The notes: generated by a model from the letters alone, not told the origin. A DNA stretch of 64,000 nucleotides from Octopus sinensis (GCF_006345805.1 NC_043021.1:21576001-21640000); one strand, 5' to 3'. Positions 11,401-25,354 are shown, counted from the stretch's first letter. Numbers and translations: made by a program.

Positions 11401-12659
11401 GCAGGCAAGTGGGTGCATAGTAGTGAGTGTTTGCACAGTTTAGCTTGTTGCCAAGTAGAACAGTCCCTAATGCATATGATGTGCATACATGCATAATCGT
11501 AATTTAAATTGTAATTTTACATGGGAAAGGTGTCAATTAATTGCATGTGTGTTTGCCTGCACATCTGCAAGTATGGAAGCATGCATTACATGCATGCATG
11601 TGAGCATATACACGTGCCCTGCTTGTTTATGAGTGTTATGTATACAGTTTGACATGTTTAAATGAAGTGCTTTTCTGCCTGTGCATGTATGTATATGTGC
11701 ACGCATGCGTGTGCATGCGTGTGCATGTCTCTTTTGTCTCTTACGAGTGTTGTAAATATAATTTGACAAGTTTCAAAGAACTATTCTTTGTGTGTAAATG
11801 TGTGTGTGTGTGTGGTGTGTGTGTGTGTGGTTGCAAGTTTGTCTGTGTCATATGTATGTGTGTGTGTGTGGTGTGTGTGTGTGAGTGTGCGTGTGACTAT
11901 GTGTAAGTGTGTGCATGAGCTTTTACACGTGTGTCTGCATATCCTCGTTTCTGTGATGCAGTGCATGCTGTGAAGTACGTGCATGCATTTGTGTTTGAAC
12001 GTGCGAGTTTATGCAGTTGCTTAAACACACGCATTGCATATATGGTGTGAAGAGCGTGTGTGTGTGCGCGTGTGTGTGTGCGCATGTGTGTGTGTGTGCA
12101 TGTGCGTGTGTGCATGTGCGTGTGTGTGCATGTGCACGTGTGTGTGTGTGCGCATGTGTGTGCATGTGCACGTGTGTGTGCATGTGTGTGTGCATGTGTG
12201 TGTGTGTGTAATTTCACACATTTTGTGCATTTTAAAGACATGCTGTCCCTTGAGTGTGTGAGTGCCTGAGTATATATAATTTGTCAATGTGTGATTGTGT
12301 GTATGTATGTTTGGATATAGTACGTGGAATTTGTGTGCGTGTGTGTGTGTGTGCATGCGTATGCACTTGTTATATGCAATCTGAATGTTTGTGAGAGGAA
12401 TGGTGTGTGTATATATAATAGATATATGTGTGTGTTATGTGTGTTTATGTCTATTTGAGTTTTACATGTGATATGTGTGTGTATTGTGTTTTGTACGTGT
12501 ACACCTTATAAATTATTTATTTCATGTTGAGAGTACCTTACCAAAAACTCTGAACAGTAACTAAACAAAACCAGCAATTCAGTTTCAATTCCAGTTTGAA
12601 CCCAGTTTACTGTTATGGGGATGGAATACTCTCTATCCCACCATTCATTTTCTCAGCCC

Positions 12660-14150
12660 ACTCCTCCTGGGAGAGTCATGAGGGGGGGTCCTTATGCACC
12701 TCACTCCTCCATGTCTTATCAGAAGCAACTATCATCATTACACTTTCTGGGTGGATTCCCAAGCATGACTAACTGAGACCATCTCCTTGGTCTACCCCTA
12801 GGTATCCTGCTGGTCATGGGGGTAGAGACCTCATGCAACTTCCTCCTTCATAGAGCCCTACTAGAAGCAACTATCATTACACCTTTTGGTTGGATTCCCA
12901 AGCATGACTAACTGAGACTATGGACATTATCTGACTGTCTCACTCTTGGTCTGCTCCTAGGTACTCCTGCCAGTCATAGGATAGTGTCCTCAGGCACCTC
13001 CTCCGCAGGGTCCTATTAAAAGCAATCATCATTACATTTTCTGGCTGGATTCCCAACCAAGACAAACTGAGACTATGGACATTATCCAACTGTCTCACTC
13101 TTGGTCTGCTCCTAGGTACTCCTGCCAGTCATAGGATAGTGTCCTCAGGCACCTCCTCCACAGGGTCCTATTAAAAGCAATCATCATTACATTTTCTGGC
13201 TGGATTCCCAACCAAGACAAACTGAGACTATGGACATTATCTGACTGTCTCACTCTTGGTCTGCTCCTAGGTCTCCTGCCAGTCATAGGATAGTGTCCTC
13301 AGGCACCTCCTCCGCAGGGTCCTATTAAAAGCAATCATCATTACATTTTCTGGCTGGATTCCCAACCAAGACAAACTGAGACTATGGACATTATCTGACT
13401 GTCTCACTCTTGGTCTGCTCCTAGGTACTCCTGCCAGTCATAGGATAGTGTCCTCAGGCACCTCCTCCGCAGGGTCCTATTAAAAGCAATCATCATTACA
13501 TTTTCTAGCTGGATTCCCAACCAAGACAAACTGAGACTATGGACATTATCCAACTGTCTCACTCTTGGTCTGCTCCTAGGTACTCCTGCCAGTCATAGGA
13601 TAGTGTCCTCAGGCACCTCCTCCGCAGGGTCCTATTAAAAGCAATCATCATTACATTTTCTGGCTGGATTCCCAACCAAGACAAACTGAGACTATGGACA
13701 TTATCCAACTGTCTCACTCTTGGTCTGCTCCTAGGTCTCCTGCCAGTCATAGGATAATGTCCTCAGGCACCTCCTCCGCAGGGTCCTATTAAAAGCAATC
13801 AGCATTACATTTTCTGGCTGGATTCCCAACCAAGACAAACTGAGACTATGGACATTATCCGACTGTCTCACTCTTGGTCTGCTCCTAGGTCTCTCCTGCC
13901 AGTCATAGGATAGTGTCCTCAGGCACATCCTTCATAAGGCAACTGTCATTGCACTTCCCGGTTGGATTCCCAGGAATGACCAACTGAGACTATGGATGTT
14001 ATCCAACCATCTCCTTGTTAGCCTACCCTTAGTTTTCCTGCTGGTCACAGGGTAGAGTCTTCAGGCACCTTCCTCATAGGATTATATCATTGTACTTTCT
14101 GAATGGATTTCCAAGCATGAGCAACTAAGACTTTGGGCGTTAACCATCTC
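12660..14150. repeat. Tandem satellite, 154-155-bp unit, homogeneous core with diverged flanking units
   Basis: GAGACTATGGAC recurs at 12914, 13069, 13224, 13378, 13533, 13688 and 13842, with a diverged copy at 13986. Confidence 0.92.
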
Positions 14151-14599
14151 ATTGATGGTTTCTAGAAATGGTAAAAAAAAACTGCCTGTCTTTCAAGAGA
14201 GCAAACACTAGAGAACTGCATAGAATTTGTCCTTACCTTCTGTTTCCAAATCCTCCCAGCGCTAAGTTTTTGCCTTTACTTATAAAAGAGGAAGAGAGTG
14301 GATAAAATAGATATCAGTTATAGATTTCATATCAGTTACTTATATTGCGTTCCTACAAATATATGGGGGCTTTGTTAGTGCTAGCTACTATTTATTTAAA
14401 GAATTCTTAATGGCATTAGAGTGACTGAAAAACTTAGTGCATTCAACTAAATGCTGGTCTAAAGCAAGAACAAAAAAATATGTTCCTTATTTTCTTAAAA
14501 GAATTCCATAACTTCTAAAAAAAATTTCCCCCATTCTTCTAAAACTATTAATTTTTTTTTGTTCTTATCTCAAATAAAAAATATCTAATAATTTTTTCT

Positions 14600-14603
14600 T
14601 TTA

Positions 14604-14659
<56 letters not shown>

Positions 14660-14773
14660 CACTACTACTACTACTACTATTATTATTATTTTTATTACTA
14701 TTATTATTATTATTATTATTATTATCACTACTACTACTACTACTACTACTGTTATTATTATTATCATTATTAT

Positions 14774-14805
<32 letters not shown>

Positions 14806-14815
14806 TTATTATTGT
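14600..14815. repeat. Compound (ATT)n/(ACT)n microsatellite
   Basis: Direct inspection. Confidence 0.95.
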
Positions 14816-15424
14816 TATTTTGAAAAGCAGTTTACTTTTACTTGAATGAGGTTTATAATGTTCACTGGCAATGATTAAAATCGCACTGTCTTTCTCTCAA
14901 TTTCATTTAAGTGGAAAAGATGGCAGAGAATGGAACTAAATATCTACCTATTTTCTAAGATCAAATAACTCATTTTAGTTTTGAGACTTGCTTTTCGTCC
15001 CTGTGTGGTTTGATAAAATAATTATGCATTATATCTTATCATTTCAATCATTTATATCACTTCCCAATAAATCTGGCTTTCAGCCAATGAGAGAGAGCCA
15101 CTACGTTTTCCTGACTGGCTAGAAATAGAAGCCAGCTGCAACTCAAAGTATGTTGTACTGTCTTGCCCTTTAGTATTTAAGCCAAACATATCTGGCGCAA
15201 ATATTTTTGCCTGTGTTATGTTCAAAATAGTTCAGACACAACATCTTATGCCTACCCTGCAATGTCATTCTAAATATTGTCAATCACATCAATATTTTGA
15301 AGTCAGGAGGTTATTGTTCAAAGCAGTGTGAATAAATAAGCTTTACATTTAACAGAGTAATGGGAACATCAATGGAAAAATCCTATTGACTTTACGAAAT
15401 CAACAAGATAGTCAAAGCTGAAAC

Positions 15425-16120
15425 GGTTTAGATCATTTTTAAGGCGGCGAGCTGGCAGAAACGTTAGCACGCGGGGCGAAATGCTTAGCGGTATTTTCAG
15501 TCAGCCGCTACGTTCTGAGTTCAAATTCCGCCGAGGTCGACTTTGCCTTTCATCCTTTCGGGGTCGATAAATTAAGTACCAGTTTCTCACTGGGGTCGAT
15601 ATAATCGACTTAATACCTGTGTCTGTCCTTGTTTGTCCTCTCTGTGTTTAGCCCCTTGTGGGTAATAAAGAAATAGGTTTAGATCATTTAGGTGGCGAGC
15701 TGGCAGAAACGTTAGCACGTCGGGCGAAATGCTTAGCGGTATTTTCAGTCAGCCGCTACGTTCTGAGTTCAAATTCCGCCGAGGTCGACTTTGCCTTTCA
15801 TCCTTTCAGGGTCGATAAATTAAGTACCAGTTACGCACTGGGGTTGATATAATCGACTTAATCCCCTTGTCTGTCCTTGTTTGTCCTCTCTGTGTTTAGC
15901 CCCTTGTGGGTAGTAAAGAAATAGGTATTTTGTCTGCTGTTACGTTCTGAGTTCAAATTCCACCGAGGTCGACTTTGCCTTTCATCCTTTCGGGGTCGAT
16001 TAAATAAGTACCAGTTTCTCACTGGGGTCGATATAATCGACTTAATCCGTTTGTCTGTCCTTGTTTGTCCCCTCTGTGTTTAGCCCCTTGTGGGTAGTAA
16101 AGAAATAGGTTTAGATCATT
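15425..16120 (+). mobile_element. SINE family B cluster: a monomer plus a dimer, with three copies of a 13-bp target sequence
   Basis: GGTTTAGATCATT at 15425, 15676 and 16108. SINE heads at 15443 and 15691. Internal GGTATTT junction at 15924. Confidence 0.85.
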
Positions 16121-16456
16121 GGTCTTTTCAATTAGTGCTGGCCTAGTATTGAACGACAGTAAATATGAAGGTTGCGGCTACAAATCAGTATTATTTTAGG
16201 AATCCTTCCAGGTCTTCATGTTTTGAGTTTAAATCCTACCAAAGTTAACTTGGCTTTTCATCCATCTGGGGATCAATAAAACAAATTGCCAGTCAAATAT
16301 TGATTAAGTCCTCTCTACAAATTTCTAACCCTGTGTCTTCATTACAAAATTATTATTTTAACTAATTCTTGAGAATATTTTAGTGGTAGAAATGATTGAG
16401 AAATGAACCAAAATGTCTACCTGCTATCTGTGTTTGAATTCCTTCATAGTCTAAAG

Positions 16457-17065
16457 AAGTGGTTCTCAACCATTTTCTGTCTTTGGAATTCTATTTTACT
16501 CCACTGGTCTTCAATAGCCATTCATTGTATATAAATAACTAGCAGTGTCACCCGGCGTTGCTTGGGTTTGTAAGGGAAATAACTATATAAGCATTTTTAG
16601 AGATGTAAAGTATAATAGCCATCTCAATATGGCTAACCACAAAGGGGGGGGGTTACTGTAGCTTTTTACGTTCTGAGATTTAATAATACATTTTTAGAGT
16701 GTTACTTCCCTTATATATGCCAAAAATGCATTGAAAATGGGAAAAATTGATGGTAAATTTTTTTTAAAATCGTAGACTCATCGTAGACGTGTGCTAATAC
16801 CCAGAAGGGCTCGATATGAATCACGACTATAAGATACCCGGTTTTGGTTACACTGCACCGCAAAATGTGGGAGTAGTTAGGAATCTAAATCGTAGGAGAC
16901 AGACAACACACAACCTCTCTTTTATATATAAAGATAAACATAAAAAAATAAATAAAAATATTTTGTGAACTTTAGAAGTATAACCAATTTATTGCACATA
17001 AATTATAACTGAATTTTATATGGCCCCACCCCAAGGACCACATGGACTCTGGTTGAGAACCACTC
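16457..17065. mobile_element. hAT-type MITE split by a Helitron
   Basis: TIRs AAGTGGTTCTCAACC / GGTTGAGAACCACTC. Degenerate 8-bp TSD GTCTAAAG / ATCTAAAC. Confidence 0.7.
16539..16934 (-). mobile_element. Non-autonomous Helitron, long variant (396 bp)
   Basis: Same termini as 5431-5739, an A|T site, and an extra 97-bp internal segment. Confidence 0.85.
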
Positions 17066-17761
17066 ATCTAAACTTTGCCTTTACCCAAATGGGGTCAGGA
17101 TTAGAATTGGTATCAATTACGTAACAAGTGATATTTTAATAATTTGTATTGCTTCCCAGCCATATGTGTGATTTTATGCCAGCGTTAATCACTGTTATTT
17201 CAAGAATTTCTCCTGGTAATTGAATAGCAGAAAGGGTTCAAGCATTATCTAAGAAATCCTTATTCTCAAATTTCTGGAATTCCTAATGGCATTAAGTAAT
17301 TAGTGAGTATTGATTGGGCTAAATGACAATATAGAAAATCCTTTTGTTTTTGCTTAAAAAAAAACCAGTTCTGAAATTTCTAAATTATTCCCCAGTCTTT
17401 TGAAACCATTAATTAATTTATTTTTTAACTTTATCTCAAATAAAATATATTTTAATAACATTTTTTTTTGTTGCTCTTATTTTTGATATTTGTTTTGAAA
17501 CCAATTCAGTTTAATGAGAATGAATAAATAAATTAAGGCCATGGGGTGGGGTAAAAAAAAATGAGGCATGAAGGACGAGAAAGGAGAGGTTACAAGTCAG
17601 AAACAAAAATTAGAGATGGATAGCATCAGGTTAGGGTAGTGACCAACCCATGGGAAGCTGGTGGAGCTATTACTGCATTAGACAAAATACCTGGTGATAT
17701 TTCTTCCTCTTTTATGATCTGAGTTCAAATGCCACTATGATTGATTTTGCCCATCATCCTT

Positions 17762-18065
17762 TTGTTTGTTCCTTCTCGAGCCATGCCTGGCTCATAAGGG
17801 CTGGTTTCCCGGTTTCCTTGGCATATAGGTTCCCCACCTGGACGGGAATCCAATCCATCACAGGTGAGCTGCAACATGCAGGAGGAAAGAGTGAGAGAAA
17901 GTTGTGGCAAAAGAGTCAGCAGAAGTTCACCATTACCTTCTGCCAGAGCCACGTGGAGCTAAGGTGTTTCGCTCATAAACACACACATCGTCCGGTCTGA
18001 GATTCAAGCCCATGATCCCTCGACTGCGAGTCCACTGCTCTAACCACTAGGCCATGTGCCCCCAC
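17762..18065 (-). mobile_element. SINE family C, tail type iii (V-domain-like TGTGATGGATTGGATTCCCGTCCAGG)
   Basis: OR-like head on the minus strand with a distinct 3' part. The V-domain assignment is from memory of that motif. Confidence 0.7.
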
Positions 18066-18121
18066 ATCATCCTTTTGGAGTTGATAAAAATGTACCAGTT
18101 AAGCACTAGGGCCAAGAGGGA

Positions 18122-18362
18122 TGAAATACCTATTTCTTTACTACCCACAAGGGGCTAAACACAGAGGGGGCAAGCAAGGACAGACAAACGGATTAAGTCG
18201 ATTACATCGACCCCAGTGTGTAACTGGTACTTAATTTATCGACCCCGAAAGGATGAAAGGCAAAGTCGACCTCGGCGGAATTTGAACTCACAACGTAACG
18301 GCAGCCGAAATACTGCAAAGCATTTCGCCCGACGTACTAACGATTCTGCCAGCTCGCCGCCT
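18122..18362 (-). mobile_element. SINE family B monomer
   Basis: Near-consensus copy, nested in an older family-B copy. Confidence 0.85.
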
Positions 18363-20382
18363 TCTACCAATTAAGCACTGGGTTTGATGTAATCAATCTC
18401 CTCGTTCCCTTAAAATTGCTGGCATTGTACCAAAATTAGAAAGAGTTATTCATAAATATCTTTTCACTCTTTCACTACCCCCAATCTATTTAGTCCAGTC
18501 AGAAAACATCCACCTCTCTATGATGAGGGATTCTCCTGTGAAACACGTGACTTATCCCTCTTCCTCAGAACAAATCAGATTTCTTTCCACTCATGAACTG
18601 TCTATTTACTAATCAATTGCCACTGCAGACCCTCTCGAATTTCCTTTGATTCTACAATTCACCTTGATTAGATTTTAATGCTTGTTTTAGAAAATTACAA
18701 CCTCATTCTATAAATCTTATTGTTGGTGAATTCTTTGGTGCTGGTGTTCTGGAAGTTGAACTGATGGCTTTTTAACAGACTTCCAGTTTGGATCACTCCT
18801 CGTATCACTACCACTGCCATGCACACACTATTTTTGCGCTGATTCAGCTTGATTGAATCTGTGCTGAGTTTATCTTCAGGCTCATTGACACACTTAAGCT
18901 CCTGCTCGGTATCAAACCAGAAAAAACTTAGAACTGAACCAAACAGGTTGAGGTCAAGCCATGATAGAACTTGTGACTAACCTGCATTCATATGAATATT
19001 GCAGTTCCCCTATATTCCCAGCATGTGAGTTGTCTCCACAAGAAACAAAGGAACTTATGCTACAGTGTTTGGCCAGTCCAATCCCAGAGGAGTGTGGCAG
19101 GGATATGAAGCAATCTCTCAAAAAGGTGAGGCTTGCACCAATCTGGCTTTGAATGTAAATTTGGAGGTGTAAGAGAGAGCATGTATAGCAACTACAATGT
19201 TATTGATGTCAGATATGGTCGAGAACTTATCTGTCTTCTAAATTTTTAATCCTTATCAGGTGAAGATCTTATTTTTTCTTTCTTCTGTGTGTGTATATGT
19301 ATGGGGTAGGCAACAATTATAATGAAAGTGTGCCAGTTGTGTCCCGGGGTACCGTGTCAGTCATTTATACTATTACCTTAACAAATGTGTAGTTTTGTGA
19401 TGCAAGACATCATTGTCTGAAAAATTCCTAAAAAACCATCAAATTATGGAAGAGGTTTGAGCATTTTGGCCAAATGCTTATCTAAGAATGAAGTCACATA
19501 GCCTAGTGGTTAGGGTGTTGCAGTCATGATCAGACGATCACAGTTTCAATTCCTTGTAACTAGGTAGTGTATTGTCTGTCTGAGCAAAGCACTTCATTTC
19601 GTGTTGCTCCAGTCTGTTCAGCTTAAGTTCTGGTACTAGTTGGGAAGGGAACTCTGTGATGGATTGGTGACCCATCCAGGTTTGGAGTGTTGCAATTGCA
19701 TTCACTTAAACACTATGGAACTTGTATTAAACCCATAAGTCTCATCAAAGACAACTTTTTTAAGAAATTTTTATTTTTAATTTCTAGAATTTTCCCCATT
19801 CTTTCAAAACTATGTACTAATTTCATTTATTTTATTTTTCCTATTTTCTATATTTGTATTTATATTTTATTTTATTTTTTAGATTATTTGTTTTTTTTGG
19901 TAGTTTCTTTTTGCACTTTTGTTTTTATTTTTTGCTATGTTTACTACAAATTCAATAAAATTACAATTAGAGTTTTACCATTTCCAGTGGCTTTCATAAA
20001 TTTACAATGCATTGTCGATTCTTGGTTACTGGTTCCTCACTTGCACAGGCCCACCCCCACTGACGCTACTTTTTAAAGTTGCTGTGTGTGACTGCTGCCA
20101 CGACTAAGCAAAACACAGCAGGAACAAGAGAGGAAGAGACAACACCAAAATCTAAAGAGAAAAACAAAAAAAATGTGTGCGCAAAGATCATAAAATATAA
20201 ATGAAATTTTGAATAAAATAAAAAAAAGTACAACTAATAACAAAAATAACAACAATGACAAAAATAGTAAGAAAAACATAATTACTAACATTGATAATAA
20301 AAGTGAAAGTAGTGAAAGCAACAACACATTGTAATAACAACAAAAATGACAACAACATATGTAATAATAACAACAGTGATAT

Positions 20383-20546
20383 AGGCGCAGGAGTAGCTTG
20401 ATATAGTAGCTTGCTTACCAACCACATGGTTCTGGGTTCACTCCCACTGCATGGCACTTTGGGCAAGTGTTTTCTACTATAGCCTTGGGCCGACCAAAGC
20501 CTTGTGAGTGGATTTGGTAGATGGAAACTGAAAGAAGCCCATCGTA

Positions 20547-20577
<31 letters not shown>

Positions 20578-20805
20578 GCATGTGTGTGTTTGTGTGTCTG
20601 TGTTTGTCCCCCTAGCATTGCTTGACAACCGATGCTGGTGTGATTACGTCCCCGTTACTTAGAGGTTCGGCAAAAGAGACCGATAGAATAAGTACTGGGC
20701 TTACAAAAGAATAAGTCCCAGGGTTGATTTGCTCGACTAAAAAGGTGGTGCTCCAGCATGGCCGCAGTCAAATGACTGAAACAAGTAAAAGAGTAAAGAG
20801 AAAAG
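20383..20805 (+). mobile_element. SINE family A, full length
   Basis: AGGCGCAGGAG head through AAAAGAGT tail. Confidence 0.88.
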
Positions 20806-20811
20806 AGAGAG

Positions 20812-21195
20812 TGATGATTATCAGCATTTAGTGTCGGGTTTTCCATACTGGCATGGGTCAGATGGTCTGATTGGGGCTGGTAAGCTGGAGAGCTGTGCCA
20901 GGCTCCAGTCTGACCTGGTTTGATTTCTACTGCTGGGTGTCCTTCTTAATGCCAACCACTCCAAGAGGGTAGTGGGTGCCTTTTGTGCATCACTGGCTCG
21001 GGTGCCTTTTATGTATGGCTGGCATGGGTGCGTGATGTGTTTTCTTAAGCACAGCAAATCACCAAAGGTTGTGACCACTTGTCATCACATCCGTGAGGCT
21101 CAACATCCAAAGATCATGCTTCACCACCTCATCCCATGTCTTCCTGGGTCTATCTCTTCTGCAGATTCCCTCCACAGTTTGAGAATAGCACAGCA
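20812..21195 (-). mobile_element. RTE-clade LINE 3' end (ORF C-terminus plus 3' UTR)
   Basis: Minus ORF ...VEGICRRDRPRKTWDEVVKHDL..., like the RTE GRPRKTW motif, followed by the UTR family that ends in (GAT)n. Confidence 0.75.
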
Positions 21196-21216
21196 TTATA
21201 ACCAACAACAGCAGCA

Positions 21217-21400
21217 GTGGAGGCGCAAAGGCCCAGTGGTTAGGGCAGCGGACTCGCAGTCGTAAGAACGCGGTTTCAATTCTCAGACCGGGCATTGTGA
21301 GTGTTTATTGAACAAAACACCTAAGCTTCATGAGGCTCCGGCAGGTGTGTGTGAACCCTGCTGTACTCTTTCACCAAAACTTTCTCTCACTCTTTCCTCC
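21217..21400 (+). mobile_element. SINE family C 5' module
   Basis: OR-like head with A/B boxes, up to CACTCTTTCCTCCT. Confidence 0.78.
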
Positions 21401-21739
21401 TACTTCTGCCTCAAAGCAGAGGAACCATGGTGTAATCCACTATGGTGTGGTAAACTTTCAGACCCTAGTCTAGATTGCGAATCCTCTGTACCCCAGGATG
21501 GTTCAGTTCTCTACCCGTTAAAAGCCACCATTAACGGAATGAGGATAACAACGTAGCTTTCGTGCCCGTGCAACCGCAAGTCTATCGCCTGTGGTGGGTG
21601 GATCTTCAATTTGACACATGCATTCTTAGTAGCTTAGAGTAGGCTCGAATTAGAGATTATTCTTTGTGGCTAATGGCGTGAGTCCTGATTGGAAGAAGAA
21701 GAAGAAGAAAACAGCAGCATTAATATTAACAACAACAAG

Positions 21740-22330
21740 AAATGATAGAATTAGCAACAGCAACAAAAATATTGTTGACCAACAACATTAGGAACAGCAA
21801 CAAAAACCAGAGAATTAACAGCAACAATAGCTGCATTGACAACATCGATATTAGCAGCAACAAAAACGTTGCTAACAACTATAATCTAACAGAATTAGCA
21901 ACAACAAGAAACATTAACAACTGCAACAATATTAACAAGAACAGAATTAGCAACCACAATTACAAAAATATTACTACTGATAACAGAATTTAAAAAAATA
22001 AATTACCAACAACAACATTAGCAACACAAACAAAACCAAATACAACGGCTTTAATAACAACAAGAGCAACAACCACAGGATAGTCAAAAACAACTACAAA
22101 AACATTAACAACTGCAACAATATTAACAAGAACAGAATTAGCAACCACAATTACAAAAATATTACTACTGATAACAGAATTTAAAAAACAACATTAGCAA
22201 CATAAACAAAACCAAATACAACGGCATTAATAACAACAACAGCAGCAACAACCACAGGATAGTCAAAAACAACTACAAAAACATTACCAACAACAACAAC
22301 AATAAAAGCATTTAACAGCAACAAAAAGAT
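21740..22330. repeat. (AAC)-rich low-complexity tract with an internal ~190-bp duplication
   Basis: The block ACATTAACAACTGCAACAATATTAACAAGAACAGAATTAGC occurs at ~21912 and ~22102. Confidence 0.75.
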
Positions 22331-22820
22331 CAACAGCATTAGCAACCACAAAAAAGATCTAACGCATCGTCAAAGATGAAGCTTGTTCAAAAACTCGCTG
22401 GGTGGGTGTCTGCCTGTGTATTTGTATTTTGTGTATTAGCGGGCTGGAGGCTGATAAATATTATCGGAAATTAAAACTCTGAACCAAACTTGCACCCATG
22501 CTGTGTTATCTGTCTGTGTCGGGGGGGGGTGAGAGCAGGGGGGTTTTGTGAGAGGTGGTCGGTTGGGTGGGGTTGATGTCTTATTTGCACTCTTCTCTTT
22601 TTCCCCCACCCCACCCCACCCCACCGCCACCACCCCACCGCCACCACCCCTCTCAATCATGCCACGGTGCTGCCAACAAAAGGATGAAACGTCACTTTAG
22701 TGAAAGCTTTTGTCTCATGCTGGCTTTCAATTATTTATTTTTATTTATTTGATTACATTTATTTTTATTTATTTTTATTTTATACGTTTTGATTTTGTTT
22801 TTAGATTTTTTCACACTTTC

Positions 22821-22856
<36 letters not shown>

Positions 22857-22974
22857 ATATATATGTTTATATATATATATATATATGTTTATATATATAT
22901 ATATATATGTTTATATATATATAATATGTTTATATATATATATATATATGTTATATATATATATATATATATAT

Positions 22975-23009
<35 letters not shown>

Positions 23010-23105
23010 ATGTATATATATATTTATATGTATATATATGTATATATATATTTATATGTATATATATATATTATATATATATATGTATATATATATATTT
23101 ATATG

Positions 23106-23162
<57 letters not shown>

Positions 23163-23726
23163 ATATATATTCTATTTTTGCTTACATTTTTATTTCAATT
23201 TTCTTTGTTTCTCTCTCCTCTGTGTATGTATTGTTTTTCATTATTTATTTATATATCACATTTGTTTAAAATTTTTTTTTTTTACTATCTTTTTTATTTT
23301 TTTTTTTATTTGTTTCTGCTTTCTCCTATTTTTTTTTTTTTGCTTCATTTTTATTTCATCTCATCTCTTTTTGTTGATGTTGCTTATTTTACGCTGTCAC
23401 TCCTTGAATACCAATTTTGTTAGAATCTCATACACACTCAACTCAAAATTAAATGGATCCACTATCAATTTCGATGCTAAATTTCTCTTATTCATACATG
23501 TGGATGTTTGTGTATGCTTTATATTAAATCTGTAAACAAAGTTACAATCCTATGTTTTAACAAATGTATTTTTAGGCTAATTGGGAAACTAGAAACAATG
23601 ATCGTTCTTTCTATTTGTTGATGGTTATTTTCACAATAACACTGAAGCTATGTTTAATGTTGTTACCAATCTATTTTCAAAGTTAATCCCATGTATATTG
23701 CATTGATTCAGCCGCTCTCTCTGTCC

Positions 23727-23739
<13 letters not shown>

Positions 23740-23771
<32 letters not shown>

Positions 23772-24268
23772 TATATATCATATGTGTGTGTTTATATATA
23801 CATATATATATGATGGGCTTCTTTCAGTTTCCATCTACCAAATCCACCCACACGGCTTTGGTTGGCTTTAGGCTTTCATATATATATATATATATATATG
23901 TGTGGAGGCGCAATGGCCTAGTGGTTAGGGCAGCGGGCTCGCGGTCGTAGGATCGCGGTTTCGATTCCCAGACCGGGCGTTGTGAGTGTTTATTGAGCGA
24001 AAAACCTAAAAGCTCCACGAGGCTCCGGCAGGGGGTGGTGATCCCTGCTGTACTCTTTCACCACTCTTTCTTCTGTTGGCCTGCTCGCTTAGCCATGCGA
24101 ACGCATTGTGACCAGCGATGTGTAACTACATCTGATGGACTGGTCGGTCACGTGCTATATATATATATCCTGTCCGTGTTTTTTGTATCGTCTTCTAAAT
24201 GTTTTTGTCCCAGTTTGTATTTATATATATATATGTAGTAGTGTACGTACCCTCTCTCTTATATGTAA

Positions 24269-24314
<46 letters not shown>

Positions 24315-24545
24315 TATATTTTTGCTAGTTTATTTTGTCTTTTTGTCTTCGCTCCTAGTGCTGTATGAACTTTTAATGTGGTTTTTAGTGTCAAGTTTTG
24401 GCTGCTATTTCAAGTGCGGTGGTATCTCTTAGATACCCTAAATTATAATTTTAATAATAATTATTACCTTTGAAGGTTTTTATTCTCATGCTGGCCATTT
24501 GATAAGATCGGTATTTAAATAATGATCTCATCCATATTTATATAA

Positions 24546-24605
<60 letters not shown>

Positions 24606-24776
24606 ATATTAGATTGTGACCAATCTAGGTATCCACCTTGAAGAGTATTAGCTGATTAAATTGACCTCAGGTAATTTTTCCTATTCTTAAGCCTGCACTC
24701 ATTCTGTTGGTATATTTTGCTGAACTGTCAAGCAGTGGTTGACAGACAGACAGACACACACACACACACACTCTCT

Positions 24777-24809
<33 letters not shown>

Positions 24810-25311
24810 TATATATCATATGTGTGTGTTTATATATACATATATATATGATGGGCTTCTTTCAGTTTCCATCTACCAAATCCACCACACGGCTTTGGTT
24901 GGCTTTAGGCTTTCATATATATAATATATATATATATATGTGTGGAGGCGCAATGGCCTAGTGGTTAGGGCAGCGGGCTCGCGGTCGTAGGATCGCGGTT
25001 TCGATTCCCAGACCGGGCGTTGTGAGTGTTTATTGAGCGAAAACACCTAAAAGCTCCACGAGGCTCCGGCAGGGGGTGGTGATCCCTGCTGTACTCTTTC
25101 ACCACTCTTTCTTCTGTTGGCCTGCTCGCTTAGCCATGCGAACGCATTGTGACCAGCGATGTGTAACTACATCTGATGGACTGGTCGGTCACGTGCTATA
25201 TATATATATCCTGTCCGTGTTTTTTGTATCGTCTTCTAAATGTTTTTGTCCCAGTTTGTATTTATATATATATATATGTAGTAGTGTACGTACCCTCTCT
25301 CTTATATGTAA

Positions 25312-25354
<43 letters not shown>

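Noticed and set aside
12914-13925. 155-bp array as a CRISPR array, coding repeat or ribozyme array
   Set aside because: There are no unique spacers, the unit length of 154-155 breaks the frame, and the minus-strand CTGAGGA and GAAA cannot be joined by a stem II.
18480-19260. Complex sequence with a faint HIP...LAK (RNase H-like) trace on the minus strand
   Set aside because: It needs several frameshifts and is not supportable without a profile search. It is probably a very old LINE remnant.
22520-22660. Adjacent G-rich and C-rich tracts (G-quadruplex or hairpin potential), plus the Z-DNA-prone alternating tract at 12056-12210
   Set aside because: Low-complexity sequence of a kind common in this genome. 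Nothing indicates function.
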